Shown here: one piece after another, positions 10,919-21,210 of the stretch
Position numbering within the stretch: the first letter of the stretch is position 1
Layout: every line of letters begins with the position of its first letter
Origin: Pseudomonadota bacterium
Lineage (GTDB): Bacteria; Bdellovibrionota_F; JAHFAK01; JBDREC01
Direction of reading: 5' to 3'
Length of the DNA: 64,000 bases
NCBI GenBank assembly: GCA_043820105.1
Contig: JBDREC010000065.1
Coordinates: forward strand, 1 to 64,000
Position numbers and translations under genes: made by a program
The notes under the pieces: model-generated
Databases searched by the model: none
The model's input: the letters and a program-made list of their open reading frames with translations, nothing else
Told to the model about the DNA's origin: nothing

Positions 10919-10940
10919 GAACATGAGAACAAGGGAACAT
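10901..10940. repeat. Five tandem octamers GRGAACAW
   Basis: gagaacaa gggaacat gagaacat gagaacaa gggaacat, spanning the tsaB stop between convergent genes. Confidence 0.85.
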
Positions 10941-10953
10941 TGATATTTAATAA

Positions 10954-11559
10954 TCAAAACAAGCCTTCCACACTTCCACAACCTTCTCTTACAACAACTG
11001 GTTCATCGCCAGTAAAATCTATTACAGTACTTGTATCGCCATTTAAAATTCCACCAGAAACGATTGCATCAGTTTGATTATAAAACTTATCATAAATAAG
11101 CTCTGGATCACACAAAGGGCAACCACCATCTACAACAGTTGAATTAATAATTGGCTCATCCATTTCTTCCAATAAACTTTCTGAAATCGGGTTTGAAGGA
11201 ATTCTAATTCCTACATGTTTTCTTTTTCTAAGCATAATTTTAGGAATTTCAGCTGTAGCAGGAAAAATAAAGGTATAAGGTCCTGGCATTGTTTTTTTCA
11301 TTATTCTATAAGCGTAATCTGGGATATTCGCATAATGGCTAGCTTGGCTAATATCTTTGCAAATAAAACTAAGTGGTTTATGTGGTGGTATATTCTTTAT
11401 TTTATAAATCGTTTCAATGGCTTTTTTGTGAAACAGACTGCATCCAAAGCCATACGTTGTATCAGTTGGATATGCAATAACACCACCTGATTTTAGAATT
11501 TCAGCGATTCTAATGATGAGTCGTTTTTGCGGGTTTTCGGGATGGACGTCAACTAACAT
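10954..11559 (-). CDS. Sua5/YciO/YrdC family protein (YciO-like)
   Basis: HPENPQ.R, AYPTDTTYG, PGPYTFI, GIRIP and STVID motifs. Confidence 0.9.
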   Translation of the reverse strand: MLVDVHPENPQKRLIIRIAEILKSGGVIAYPTDTTYGFGCSLFHKKAIETIYKIKNIPPHKPLSFICKDISQASHYANIPDYAYRIMKKTMPGPYTFIFPATAEIPKIMLRKRKHVGIRIPSNPISESLLEEMDEPIINSTVVDGGCPLCDPELIYDKFYNQTDAIVSGGILNGDTSTVIDFTGDEPVVVREGCGSVEGLF

Positions 11560-11562
11560 GAC

Positions 11563-12534
11563 TTATTTAACCTCATAAGTATAATGTTTTGTTTGCCCAT
11601 CTTTTTTAACGTCAATATTAAACTTAGTTTGTCCTTGTAGAGTCTGAAAAAAGGACAATGCCTTTTCTACATTATCCATGCTTTTGCCATTTACTTTTAA
11701 AATTATATCCCCATCTTCAATTCCTAAATGTTCATAAACTGAATTGGGTTCAATAGCTAGAATTTGAAATCCAATAACTTTACCGCCTTCCTTAACAGGC
11801 ATTGAAGCAGCATCATAAAGAATCTCATTTATATTTTTCATAGATTCATCAAACTTTCCCTTTTCAATAACAAAATGGTCATCATTTTCTTTTGAAATTC
11901 CCTCAGACCACTTTGACTTATAAGAGCTAGTATAAGGAGATGAATATTTTGAAGCATAGGAAGGTGATGTCCCCAAGCTTTCTTTTTTGTTAGCGTCTTT
12001 ATCAACTTGTAAAAATTCAAGATGATAATTTCTAATAAAAATAACTTTTCCTCTTTGAATATCTGTTATCTTTTCAGCATCTGCAAAGGAATCCCCAATT
12101 TTTAAAATTTGAGTTTTTCCAGCTGTTTTTATAGCTGCAGTAGATTTTTTTGAATCATTTCTGATTAGAGTTCCAATTAATGTGGAACTAATATCACTTT
12201 TAACAGGAGCTGAGGTAAGATCTAAAACTGGTTTAGGTGGAATTATAGGAATATTGCTTTCTTCCAGGGTAGGTTCATTTTTTCTGGCAAGAGTATTCTC
12301 AGAATCAAAGATATTTCTATCTACAATCCCCAAATAATCATCTTTAAATGGAATATTCTCCTCTTCTTCAACTACCTCAAGCCCAGCAACCTGCTTGCTC
12401 TTATTTCCTGCGTCTGGCTCTAAAAGCCTTGAAACTCCAACTTTTGCAAACAGTGATGCCAAGAACAGAGCTATACCAGCAATAAATATTAGATTTAAAA
12501 TCCACAAATATTTTTTAACCTGCTCAATGTTCAA
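11563..12534 (-). CDS. gspC: Type II secretion system protein GspC (with PDZ)
   Basis: N-terminal TM, RNIF motif, LIGT HR domain, C-terminal PDZ (LGIEDGDIILKVNG). Confidence 0.85.
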   Translation of the reverse strand: MNIEQVKKYLWILNLIFIAGIALFLASLFAKVGVSRLLEPDAGNKSKQVAGLEVVEEEENIPFKDDYLGIVDRNIFDSENTLARKNEPTLEESNIPIIPPKPVLDLTSAPVKSDISSTLIGTLIRNDSKKSTAAIKTAGKTQILKIGDSFADAEKITDIQRGKVIFIRNYHLEFLQVDKDANKKESLGTSPSYASKYSSPYTSSYKSKWSEGISKENDDHFVIEKGKFDESMKNINEILYDAASMPVKEGGKVIGFQILAIEPNSVYEHLGIEDGDIILKVNGKSMDNVEKALSFFQTLQGQTKFNIDVKKDGQTKHYTYEVK

Positions 12535-12676
12535 ATTAACTCCAATTCAAAAGCAAAAGTTCTAATAGCCCATATCTTTTATTTTTTTTATTTTCAATTT
12601 AGTGCGTAATATACACTATTTTTAAAACTTATGTAAATAAAAAGATTTATTTAAAAAAATTTATTGTATTATTGTA

Positions 12677-14179
12677 TTAAGGAAACTCATAAGATGTAGC
12701 GCTAATTATTCTTTCTAATAAAACTGAATCACATGCACCCAATGGATCTCCTAAAACATTCAATTCACAAGTAGAACATTCACCGTTACTTTCAAAAACA
12801 AAAGTTTCAACATAAGCACTGTCAACTTCACGAAATGAAGTAACTTGATCTTCATTTTCAAGAACTATCCCGAGAGCACTATCATAGTTTATATCAGCAA
12901 AAAGGACTGCACCCCCTGAAACAATTTGAGCAGCCGAACTATAACCTGCAAATAATGTTGCAGCTATACGAATTTTGCCTGTGGTATCAGCACTAAAAGC
13001 AGCAGAATCTTCTGCTTCTGTCATAATAAAAGAAAATTTACTAACGAGCATTGATGACTGATCACCAAGACTTACTGTACTATTTGAAATTATTGTATTC
13101 TTACCTCCAAATAAAGATTCTCCTGATAAACTAAAATCGCCATGTGCAATTGAATTTTCTAAAACAAGCTCAGAATTACTTAATGCAACACTATCATCAA
13201 ATGCTACAGCTATTGCCCTTATTGCAGAGTCAATCCCTATTATGGGCGCATCCACTTCCACATTAAATAAAAATAATTCTGTTACATCTGCTAAAGTAAT
13301 TGATTCATTTGCTGATATTAAAGGTATCTGTGCACTTGTACCTTCTCCCAATAAAAGGGCCGTGGAAATAATATCGCTAATATAGAGATTTTTAATATTA
13401 GTAATAGAAGATGAATTTTCAAGATGAAGCCCACATTTTAAATCAACGTCTTCATTTCCAAGGTCATGATCTCCTATTACATAAAGAACCATTGTCTCAT
13501 CACATGCAGTAATTTGTGCCATCAAGTCATCTAATTGAGCAACAGGTACAATTGTTTTTAAATCTACAACTTCAATAAGATTGTATTCATCATCATCAGA
13601 ATATGCAGTAACTCTTATTATGGCTCTACCTGCATCTGTATCATCAGATATACTTATAGGAATAGTAACATTTCCAACAATGTCTTGAGTTGAATAAATA
13701 ACTTCTTCGCCAAAAGCGCTAATTTCTAAACGATTTATATCTCCATTTACGATGGCACGAAGATTCATTGTTCTTCCAATAAAGGCAATTTCTGGAGCAT
13801 TAATGCTTATAATGCCATCAACTTCTGCGCCTAGATCAACGCGATCTCTTGAAATACGGTCGTCTCCTTCATCAGAACGACTAGGGCGATCACTATCAGC
13901 ATCATCAGAATCTGTATTTGAGCTATCATCTGATCCATCCTCATTAATAGAATAGTCACTGTCATTAATACTTTCCACTGCGTTAATAGCATCTTCAATT
14001 GATGAAGCTGCTGTTTGGTTATCGGCCCTTGCTTCCTGCAAAATTTTTGATTCGCCAGAATTTTGGACTTGAGAACAACCACTTTTGGCAGAATAGACAA
14101 CTCCTAAGGAAAATATAATTGATAAAAGAGCCACGAGAACAATTGAATATGTTGTAAAAAATTTAAAAAGTTTTTCCAT
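12677..14179 (-). CDS. Hypothetical secreted/anchored acidic protein
   Basis: N-terminal hydrophobic segment, Asp/Ser-rich linker, beta-rich C-terminus. Confidence 0.7.
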   Translation of the reverse strand: MEKLFKFFTTYSIVLVALLSIIFSLGVVYSAKSGCSQVQNSGESKILQEARADNQTAASSIEDAINAVESINDSDYSINEDGSDDSSNTDSDDADSDRPSRSDEGDDRISRDRVDLGAEVDGIISINAPEIAFIGRTMNLRAIVNGDINRLEISAFGEEVIYSTQDIVGNVTIPISISDDTDAGRAIIRVTAYSDDDEYNLIEVVDLKTIVPVAQLDDLMAQITACDETMVLYVIGDHDLGNEDVDLKCGLHLENSSSITNIKNLYISDIISTALLLGEGTSAQIPLISANESITLADVTELFLFNVEVDAPIIGIDSAIRAIAVAFDDSVALSNSELVLENSIAHGDFSLSGESLFGGKNTIISNSTVSLGDQSSMLVSKFSFIMTEAEDSAAFSADTTGKIRIAATLFAGYSSAAQIVSGGAVLFADINYDSALGIVLENEDQVTSFREVDSAYVETFVFESNGECSTCELNVLGDPLGACDSVLLERIISATSYEFP

Positions 14180-14376
14180 TAAGAAACCCCAACTTCTAAA
14201 AAAAGGGAAATTTCCCCTATATTATCTATATTTTATCATACTTTTTCTAAAAAATGAACCAATTATATAATAAGTATTAAATCCAGGACCTTCAAGCCAA
14301 CAGAATCTAGACAAAACATTCCATAATATCAACAAGTTAATCCAGGACATCCCTTGTCACTAAAAAATAGACTTTT

Positions 14377-16053
14377 TTGTATTTTTTTTTTAAAATCTTC
14401 ATTATGAAAGGTAATGTACAAAACATATCAACAAGAAAAGATATTATTAATCTTCAAAAAGCTATTTTAGCAAGAACGAAAAAAAACATTAAGAATTTGA
14501 TGGGTTACCAGTCTGAAGCAATAAAAAAATACTATTATACATATAAAAGTCAATTTACAGCAATTAAGCATTTTAAAGTTATCTCTTTACAAGCCTTATT
14601 AAACGAAATTTTAGACTCTAACATTATATACTGTGGTGACTATCATACTTTAAAGCAGTCCCAAAGAACAATTTTACGTCTTTTAAGAGAAATTTACCCT
14701 AAAAACAATAATATTATTGTTGGAATGGAAATGTTTCAAATCAGTGATCAGGAATATGTTGATTTGTATATGGAAGACAAAATTGATGAAGCTAATTTTC
14801 TTATTAAAATTGATTATTGGAATACCTGGGGTTTTAATTTTCCAAATTTCAAACCAATTCTTGAATTTTGCAAAGCAAACAAGTTAAAAGTTTTGGCTTT
14901 GAATTCAAGATCAACAGGCAAGCAAAACAGATTAAAACAAAGAGATAAAAATGCGGCTGAAGCAATTTCAAAAAGTATAAATGAAAATCCTAATTTCTTA
15001 CATTTCATCCAGTTTGGCGACTTACATCTTTCACCTGAACACCTTCCAAATGAAGTTAAAATAAATTGTATTAAAAAAATAAAGGATACCCTAATTTTAC
15101 AAAATTCAGAAACTTTATATTGGAAACTTGTAGAAAAGGGAATTGAAAATGAAGCTGAGTTTATTGAGCTGAAAAAGAAAAGGCATTATTGTATTATGAA
15201 TTCAACTCCATGGGTAAAGCTTCAATCATATCAAAACTGGATTGAAGTTGGAGAAGAACTTCTTTGCAAAAACCAATTACTGGTTCCCTATGATGAAGAG
15301 GAGGAAGATCTATTTGAGTATAGGTTGCATGTTGAAGAACTCATTTCCAAAATAACATACTTCATTGGCCTTGATGATAGGAATATCGAAGATTTTAGAG
15401 TATATACTCCTGAAGATATTTTCTTTTTAATAGAGCTTAAAAAGAAAATTCCCAGATTTGACTCTCACTTAAAAAGAATTAGAGAAAATAAGTGTTATTT
15501 TATTCCTAAGGAAAACATTATTTACATCGCTGATTTGGATATTAACCACGCAGCTGAAGTTTCCACAGAATTTATTTATTATATAAATTCAAAATACGAT
15601 ATACATTATTCAAGAATTGAAGATGAGTTTTATAGAAGAATATTTCGCAAGGCTTTGGCATTTTTTGGATCAAAGCTCATCAATCCGCGAAGACGAGTTA
15701 AAGATGAACAATATCTTTTCGCTATTTCAGTTGAGCAAAAACCACAAGGTTACAGAGGCTTTGTTGAAATAGATAGAAAAGTAGCTCCTTATGTAATCAG
15801 TCACAATCAAATTCTCAGACAGAATTTAAAAGGCAAAAAATATAAAGAAACATTAAAAAAAATATATCGTGATGACACAAGATACAACTTGGAAATTTCC
15901 AAAAAAATTGGGTTTATTTTAGGAGAGAAAATTTATACAGCCTTCTACGCCGGCAGATTAAATAAAGACAGCCTGCAAAACTTATTCAAAAACCCATTAA
16001 ATCAAAAAGGCGAGGCTTTAAATTTATATAAAAATTTTATGAACATTAAGTGA
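14377..16053 (+). CDS. ChaN-like (EreA/ChaN superfamily) protein with C-terminal extension
   Basis: IIYCGDYH, GMEMF, W..TWGF and GDLH motifs. Likely start is ATG 14404. Confidence 0.7.
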   Translation: MYFFFKIFIMKGNVQNISTRKDIINLQKAILARTKKNIKNLMGYQSEAIKKYYYTYKSQFTAIKHFKVISLQALLNEILDSNIIYCGDYHTLKQSQRTILRLLREIYPKNNNIIVGMEMFQISDQEYVDLYMEDKIDEANFLIKIDYWNTWGFNFPNFKPILEFCKANKLKVLALNSRSTGKQNRLKQRDKNAAEAISKSINENPNFLHFIQFGDLHLSPEHLPNEVKINCIKKIKDTLILQNSETLYWKLVEKGIENEAEFIELKKKRHYCIMNSTPWVKLQSYQNWIEVGEELLCKNQLLVPYDEEEEDLFEYRLHVEELISKITYFIGLDDRNIEDFRVYTPEDIFFLIELKKKIPRFDSHLKRIRENKCYFIPKENIIYIADLDINHAAEVSTEFIYYINSKYDIHYSRIEDEFYRRIFRKALAFFGSKLINPRRRVKDEQYLFAISVEQKPQGYRGFVEIDRKVAPYVISHNQILRQNLKGKKYKETLKKIYRDDTRYNLEISKKIGFILGEKIYTAFYAGRLNKDSLQNLFKNPLNQKGEALNLYKNFMNIK

Positions 16054-16064
16054 TTAAACAAATC

Positions 16065-17450
16065 TTATCTGGGGTCATATTTTCTGATCATAATTAAACA
16101 AAAAAGAAATAACAATAATATATAAAAATGAAATAAAAATATACTCGATAAATTTTTATTCAAAACTTGAAAAAGTAGAGGCAGCTTTTCTTTGAATACT
16201 GGCACTTTCTCAGGAATAAAAGGTTTCTGAGAAATGCACATATTATCAACAAATAATGCATGAGCTGAATCTTTGTCTTTTAAGTCTTCATTTACTATAA
16301 AGGTAAAATATTCTTTCCGATATTTTTTAACTTGATTAAGAAAGTTTATATGCCTGTAAATACCATTATTGCTAATCTGCAAAACAATATCACTAAATAA
16401 AAAGCTAGGAGATATTTTTAAAATAGGATAAGATATTAAAACTTGTCTAAACATGTCTCTAAATATCTTCTCATGTGTTTTAGATTTTATTTGAGCCATA
16501 TCTTTAAAAAGCATATTCCTTAATGGAATATTTTCTTCAAAGCAGTTTTCACGCCACATTGTTGCTTTGTTTTCATCTTTTTGAGACTGAACCCATAGTT
16601 CATCAATTTCCTTCTCCAATGCAAGTCTAGCCTGATTATTATTGGGCAATTTAATTAAAGACGCAGAAATTAATTTGCCAGAAAGGGGAATTAAAAAAAC
16701 AAAGAAACTCCAAATAAGTAACATTACAATCAATACATGCGATTGCTTATGAAAAAGCAAAGAAACAAACATTGTCAATAAACTAAAAAAAGATATGTAA
16801 CTTAGACAAAAAAGAAAAATGATAAGTGTTCTTAAAATTAAATCTGCGCTTAAATGAAACTGTGATCCAAGAATAATAATATTTAACATGAAGCCGCAAA
16901 ACAATGAAATTCCCAAAATAAAAAGAACAGGCAAAAATTTAGAAAGCAGAAAAAATAGCCTGTTAAAGTAATATGAATAAATGATTTTACTGGTATTGCC
17001 AGTTGCTGTGCTTGAAAAAGCGTTATAAGAAAGTATTATTGAGATGAAGCTTAAAATAACCATGACTATAAAAATCACATCAAAAGAAAAATCTTTAACA
17101 AGCTCAGGAATCCCAATTTTAGATTTTTCATAATTAAAATACATTGGAGTTGTTTCCATATAATCTAGAAATCTACTTGAGTCTTCATGTTTTATAAAAC
17201 CAAATTGATTGGGAGCAAGGTAAATATTTTGTTCAACATCAATTAGTTGGCTTAGGTTTTCCTTAGCCTTTTCTATTTTAATCTTATTATTTAATAGCGA
17301 CAGATTGTAGTCTTTTAAGGATTTTTCAATATTTTTATTAAAAATAATACCATTTAATAAAAAAAGTAAATTGATTATAATAAATATCAAAATAAACTTA
17401 TTATTATGTAAACTAATTTTTAATTCATTGTTAATAAGTAATTTTAGCAT
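16065..17450 (-). CDS. ABC-2 type transporter permease
   Basis: Same TM / large-loop architecture as the neighbouring permeases; C-terminal KYDPR. Confidence 0.8.
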   Translation of the reverse strand: MLKLLINNELKISLHNNKFILIFIIINLLFLLNGIIFNKNIEKSLKDYNLSLLNNKIKIEKAKENLSQLIDVEQNIYLAPNQFGFIKHEDSSRFLDYMETTPMYFNYEKSKIGIPELVKDFSFDVIFIVMVILSFISIILSYNAFSSTATGNTSKIIYSYYFNRLFFLLSKFLPVLFILGISLFCGFMLNIIILGSQFHLSADLILRTLIIFLFCLSYISFFSLLTMFVSLLFHKQSHVLIVMLLIWSFFVFLIPLSGKLISASLIKLPNNNQARLALEKEIDELWVQSQKDENKATMWRENCFEENIPLRNMLFKDMAQIKSKTHEKIFRDMFRQVLISYPILKISPSFLFSDIVLQISNNGIYRHINFLNQVKKYRKEYFTFIVNEDLKDKDSAHALFVDNMCISQKPFIPEKVPVFKEKLPLLFQVLNKNLSSIFLFHFYILLLFLFCLIMIRKYDPR

Positions 17451-18964
17451 AAATCACCAATAACATAATTTCTTGATCTATTAATTATCAAAAGAACCAA
17501 TAAAAAATTCATCATTATTAAAATCAAAATATTTGATCTAATCTCTGAAAAATCCTTAGTTAATGCTGGTTTTTTATATGAAAATCTTGGCAAGTGATCT
17601 AATTTTAATGTTGGCAGATACTTATGAAAGTAAAATTTACTAACAAAATTGCCTTCTGCAGAGAATTTATCGTCCATTGCATTGAACTGCTTAAGATCCT
17701 TTGGAAACTCGTGTTCTTTTAAAGGAGTAAAATAATGAAATTTTGTATAAATTTTATTTTTCATTATATAGTCAACATATTCCTCTCTATAGGCCATAGC
17801 TTGTTCCCAGAATTCAAAATAATTTCCATAATTAGTAAATGACAATCTTGAAATTGCATCGTCTAATAAATATGATGGCGAAATTTGAGATATTTTATTA
17901 ATAAATTTTAATTGTGCTATTTGCTTGTCAAATAATAGATTATAAATCTCAAGCTTTTTAGCAGCATACTCTATTTTTATGGGAACCTCTTCTGTATATC
18001 TCTTTTGTAAAGAATACATAACCTCTTTCTCAGCATATGGAATAATACCACCAATATCACACTTGGTTCCTATTGGAGGAAATTTATGCCTAATTTTTCT
18101 TAGCTCTTCTGATCGTTCATTATAATAGCTATCCAATTGGCTCTGAATAGATTCCCAAGGTGGTGCTTTTACCAAATATTTGCCTGATAAGGCAATAAGT
18201 CCATTTGCAAGGAACGATATAAAAATCCAAACTAATAGACTTGTAACTAAAACAGAAGAACTTCTTTTAAAAACCAGGGACAAAAAAATCGAAATAAGTG
18301 CAAAAATTGAAAGATATAAAACAAAGATAAAAACCGAAATAAGAATTCTAAGGACTTCTTCTATTGAAAAATAAAAGTCTAAAATAAAATAACAGGAAAT
18401 AAAAAATGCTAAAAAAGATAAAAACAAAAAAAGTCCCAACACTAAAACACCACTTAAATATTTAGACCATACAATTTCATGAATAGAAATATGGTTTGAG
18501 CAAAGTAATTTTAAATTACCGTCTTCTGCTTCCTTGGAAATAAAATTGTGCATAATCAAAATGGTAAGTAAGGCTAAAATAACCTTAAAAATAATCGCCA
18601 TATCTACTTGCTCAAAAATACTAAGAAAATAATTTCCACCAAATATTCGCTCAAATCCCCGTGGAATCCAGGAAATGGAAATTGGAGTGTAATTTCCAGA
18701 AATATCATCAATACCCATTGAAATAATGCTAAGCTTTTCTGGAGCTTTAGCAGCATAAGGAGTAAGATTTATATAAGCTACAGAATTTCTAAGATTATTT
18801 TCTAAAATAGATATGCCTGCATTATAGCTTTCCCTATTAATATTATAAGTCTTTATCATTATATAGGTCATAGATATAGATAGAATAACACAAAAGATTA
18901 GGCTTAAATTAAAAGGTATTGACTTAAATTTACTTAAGATTTCTTTTTTAAAAATAATCCACAT
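17444..18964 (-). CDS. ABC-2 type transporter permease
   Basis: MWIIFKKE start; ISKEAEDGNLKL..S motif; ISP motif. Start refined from the ORF track's 19006. Confidence 0.85.
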   Translation of the reverse strand: MWIIFKKEILSKFKSIPFNLSLIFCVILSISMTYIMIKTYNINRESYNAGISILENNLRNSVAYINLTPYAAKAPEKLSIISMGIDDISGNYTPISISWIPRGFERIFGGNYFLSIFEQVDMAIIFKVILALLTILIMHNFISKEAEDGNLKLLCSNHISIHEIVWSKYLSGVLVLGLFLFLSFLAFFISCYFILDFYFSIEEVLRILISVFIFVLYLSIFALISIFLSLVFKRSSSVLVTSLLVWIFISFLANGLIALSGKYLVKAPPWESIQSQLDSYYNERSEELRKIRHKFPPIGTKCDIGGIIPYAEKEVMYSLQKRYTEEVPIKIEYAAKKLEIYNLLFDKQIAQLKFINKISQISPSYLLDDAISRLSFTNYGNYFEFWEQAMAYREEYVDYIMKNKIYTKFHYFTPLKEHEFPKDLKQFNAMDDKFSAEGNFVSKFYFHKYLPTLKLDHLPRFSYKKPALTKDFSEIRSNILILIMMNFLLVLLIINRSRNYVIGDLC

Positions 18965-19174
18965 ATTCACTTTAACAAATTTTTTCCAGATAAAAATACA
19001 TAGCATAATTCATACCAAAATATAAGAAAAATAAAAGGCCATATTTTTAAGAACTTAAGCATTTTCACCCAAGATACATGAGTAAACTTTACAATAATTA
19101 CCCATGTTGAGTAATAAAATAGCTTTATTTTTTACTAAGGTTCTGTAACCATTAGAAATTAAAAGATTTGTATT

Positions 19175-19191
19175 TTGGTATTATTTTTGCT
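19175..19191 (+). promoter_or_regulatory. Sigma-54 (-24/-12) promoter
   Basis: TTGGTATTATTTTTGCT has GG-N10-GC, about 45 bp before the ABC ATPase start. The operon includes a sigma-54 activator. Confidence 0.7.
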
Positions 19192-19235
19192 ATCTAAATT
19201 GCCATGAATTTTCCTTATAATATATAGGAGAAAAA

Positions 19236-19943
19236 ATGCTAAAAGCCTTAAATCTTACCAAAAGATATGAAGATGGTGTGCTAGCCCTTGATAATCTTAA
19301 TCTTCATATAAAAGAATCTGAAATTTATTGTTTACTTGGTGCCAATGGTGCTGGCAAAACTACAACAGTAAACTTATTTTTAGATTATATAAAACCAACC
19401 TCTGGTGAGGCCTTTATAAAGGATATGTTAGTTACCAAGAATTCATTAGAAACCAAAAAATATGTTGCCTATATTCCTGAAAATGTAATGCTGTATGATG
19501 TTCTTACAGCAAGACAGAATATGGATTTCTTTGCAAAGTTAGGTGGCAAAAAGGATTTAAATAAAACTGATTACTACAATCTTATGCGGCATGTAGGGCT
19601 TCAAGAAAGAGCCTTTGAGCAAAGAGTCGGAAAATTATCAAAAGGTATGAGGCAAAAACTAGCTATAGCGATTGCTATTTTAAAAGATACTCCTTCAATT
19701 ATCTTAGATGAACCAACAGCTGGCCTTGATCCAAAGGCTGCTAATGAATTTATAGAAACGCTTGCTTCATTAAAAAATGAAGGCAAGGCAATCTTCATGG
19801 TTACTCATGACATTTTCAGAGCAAAAGTAATTGGCGATTATGTTGGAATTATGAAAGAAGGAAGACTTGTTATGACTCTAAGCAAAGAAGAACTAAAACA
19901 CGAAGACCTTGAAAAGATTTACTTAGAATATATGCAGCAATAA
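19236..19943 (+). CDS. ABC transporter ATP-binding protein
   Basis: Walker A GANGAGKT, LSKGMRQ signature, ILDEP, THD. Confidence 0.97.
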   Translation: MLKALNLTKRYEDGVLALDNLNLHIKESEIYCLLGANGAGKTTTVNLFLDYIKPTSGEAFIKDMLVTKNSLETKKYVAYIPENVMLYDVLTARQNMDFFAKLGGKKDLNKTDYYNLMRHVGLQERAFEQRVGKLSKGMRQKLAIAIAILKDTPSIILDEPTAGLDPKAANEFIETLASLKNEGKAIFMVTHDIFRAKVIGDYVGIMKEGRLVMTLSKEELKHEDLEKIYLEYMQQ

Positions 19944-19947
19944 TAAA

Positions 19948-21210
19948 ATGCTAAAAACCTTAATATTAAAAGAAATAAGAAGCAATTTGGTAACAGGCAA
20001 AATTCTGCTTATTTCTTTAATATTATTAATCCTTATTTCCTTAAGCCTTTATTTAATGTATGAAAGCTACAAGCTTCAAGTTGAAAACTATAATATTATT
20101 AAACCAAAAGCTAAGGACACCTACATAGTAAAACCACCCAATCCCCTTTCAATATTTGGTTTTGGCATGGAAGAATATATTTCAAGAAAGTATAAAGATG
20201 ACTTTGAAGGAGTTGGGATTCCAGATGCTGTTACAGTTCAAAAATCCTTAAATCGTTTTAACCACATCCTTCCTGAACTTGATCTATTGAATATTGTAAA
20301 AATTGTCTTGTCATTAATGGCAATTTTTTTAGCTTTTGATCTCATATCACATGATAGAGAAACTGGTAGTTTAAAAATACTTAATTCATATTCCTTTAAG
20401 ATCTCGAAATTTCTGCATACTAAAATCTTTGTTAATTTAGCTTGTCTATTAATCCCCTTTGCACTTATTACAATTATAGGCATATTATTTTTAATTTTCT
20501 ATACAAATCTTTCCTTTGATTTAAATGATTATATAAGAATTTGTTTTTTTCTAATACTTTCCCTTTTATATATTTCATTGTTTTTTTTAGTCGCTTTTTT
20601 AATTTCTATCTTATTTAGGAATTCTTCACTTTGTTTAATTTTGGGACTTCTTTTTTGGGCAAGTTCTGTATTTATAATTCCCAACTTTGCAGTAATTGGA
20701 TCTAGGTATATAAGTGGAGACTATTATGCGGACAAATACTCACTGGCAAATTGGGAAAACTTTATAAAATACAGATTTCTAGAAGAACAAGAACAATTAA
20801 AAAATCAAAACACCAAAAATGAGTTAATAATCAGAAATAAATATGTAAGCAAGTGGCACAATGCAAGTTCCAGGCAATTTAACGCTTACATAAAAAAACA
20901 ACAAAAACTATTAACCTTTATAAATATATTCACACGACTTTCTCCTGTTGGTTTTTATGTGCTACCTTCAACAATAATTTTAGGGACATCTCCTTTTGAT
21001 GATTTACATATTAAAGTAAAATATGCCAATTACTTAAACCAGAATGTTTTTCCGAATAAAAAGAAGCAAATCTCAGAATTTGAATATTTTGATAAAAAAG
21101 ATTTAGTAAACATATTTTCAAGCTTTGCACTTAATTTCATTTGCATGCTTATATTAATAGTCGGTTTATTATTCTTAATTTATAATAGATTTAGAAAGAA
21201 TAGATATTGA
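19948..21210 (+). CDS. ABC-2 type transporter permease
   Basis: ISHDRETGSLK motif, multiple TMs. Confidence 0.85.
   Translation: MLKTLILKEIRSNLVTGKILLISLILLILISLSLYLMYESYKLQVENYNIIKPKAKDTYIVKPPNPLSIFGFGMEEYISRKYKDDFEGVGIPDAVTVQKSLNRFNHILPELDLLNIVKIVLSLMAIFLAFDLISHDRETGSLKILNSYSFKISKFLHTKIFVNLACLLIPFALITIIGILFLIFYTNLSFDLNDYIRICFFLILSLLYISLFFLVAFLISILFRNSSLCLILGLLFWASSVFIIPNFAVIGSRYISGDYYADKYSLANWENFIKYRFLEEQEQLKNQNTKNELIIRNKYVSKWHNASSRQFNAYIKKQQKLLTFINIFTRLSPVGFYVLPSTIILGTSPFDDLHIKVKYANYLNQNVFPNKKKQISEFEYFDKKDLVNIFSSFALNFICMLILIVGLLFLIYNRFRKNRY

Noticed and set aside
14279-14356. Short direct repeat AATCCAGGAC x2
   Set aside because: Only 10 bp in two copies; no supportable function.
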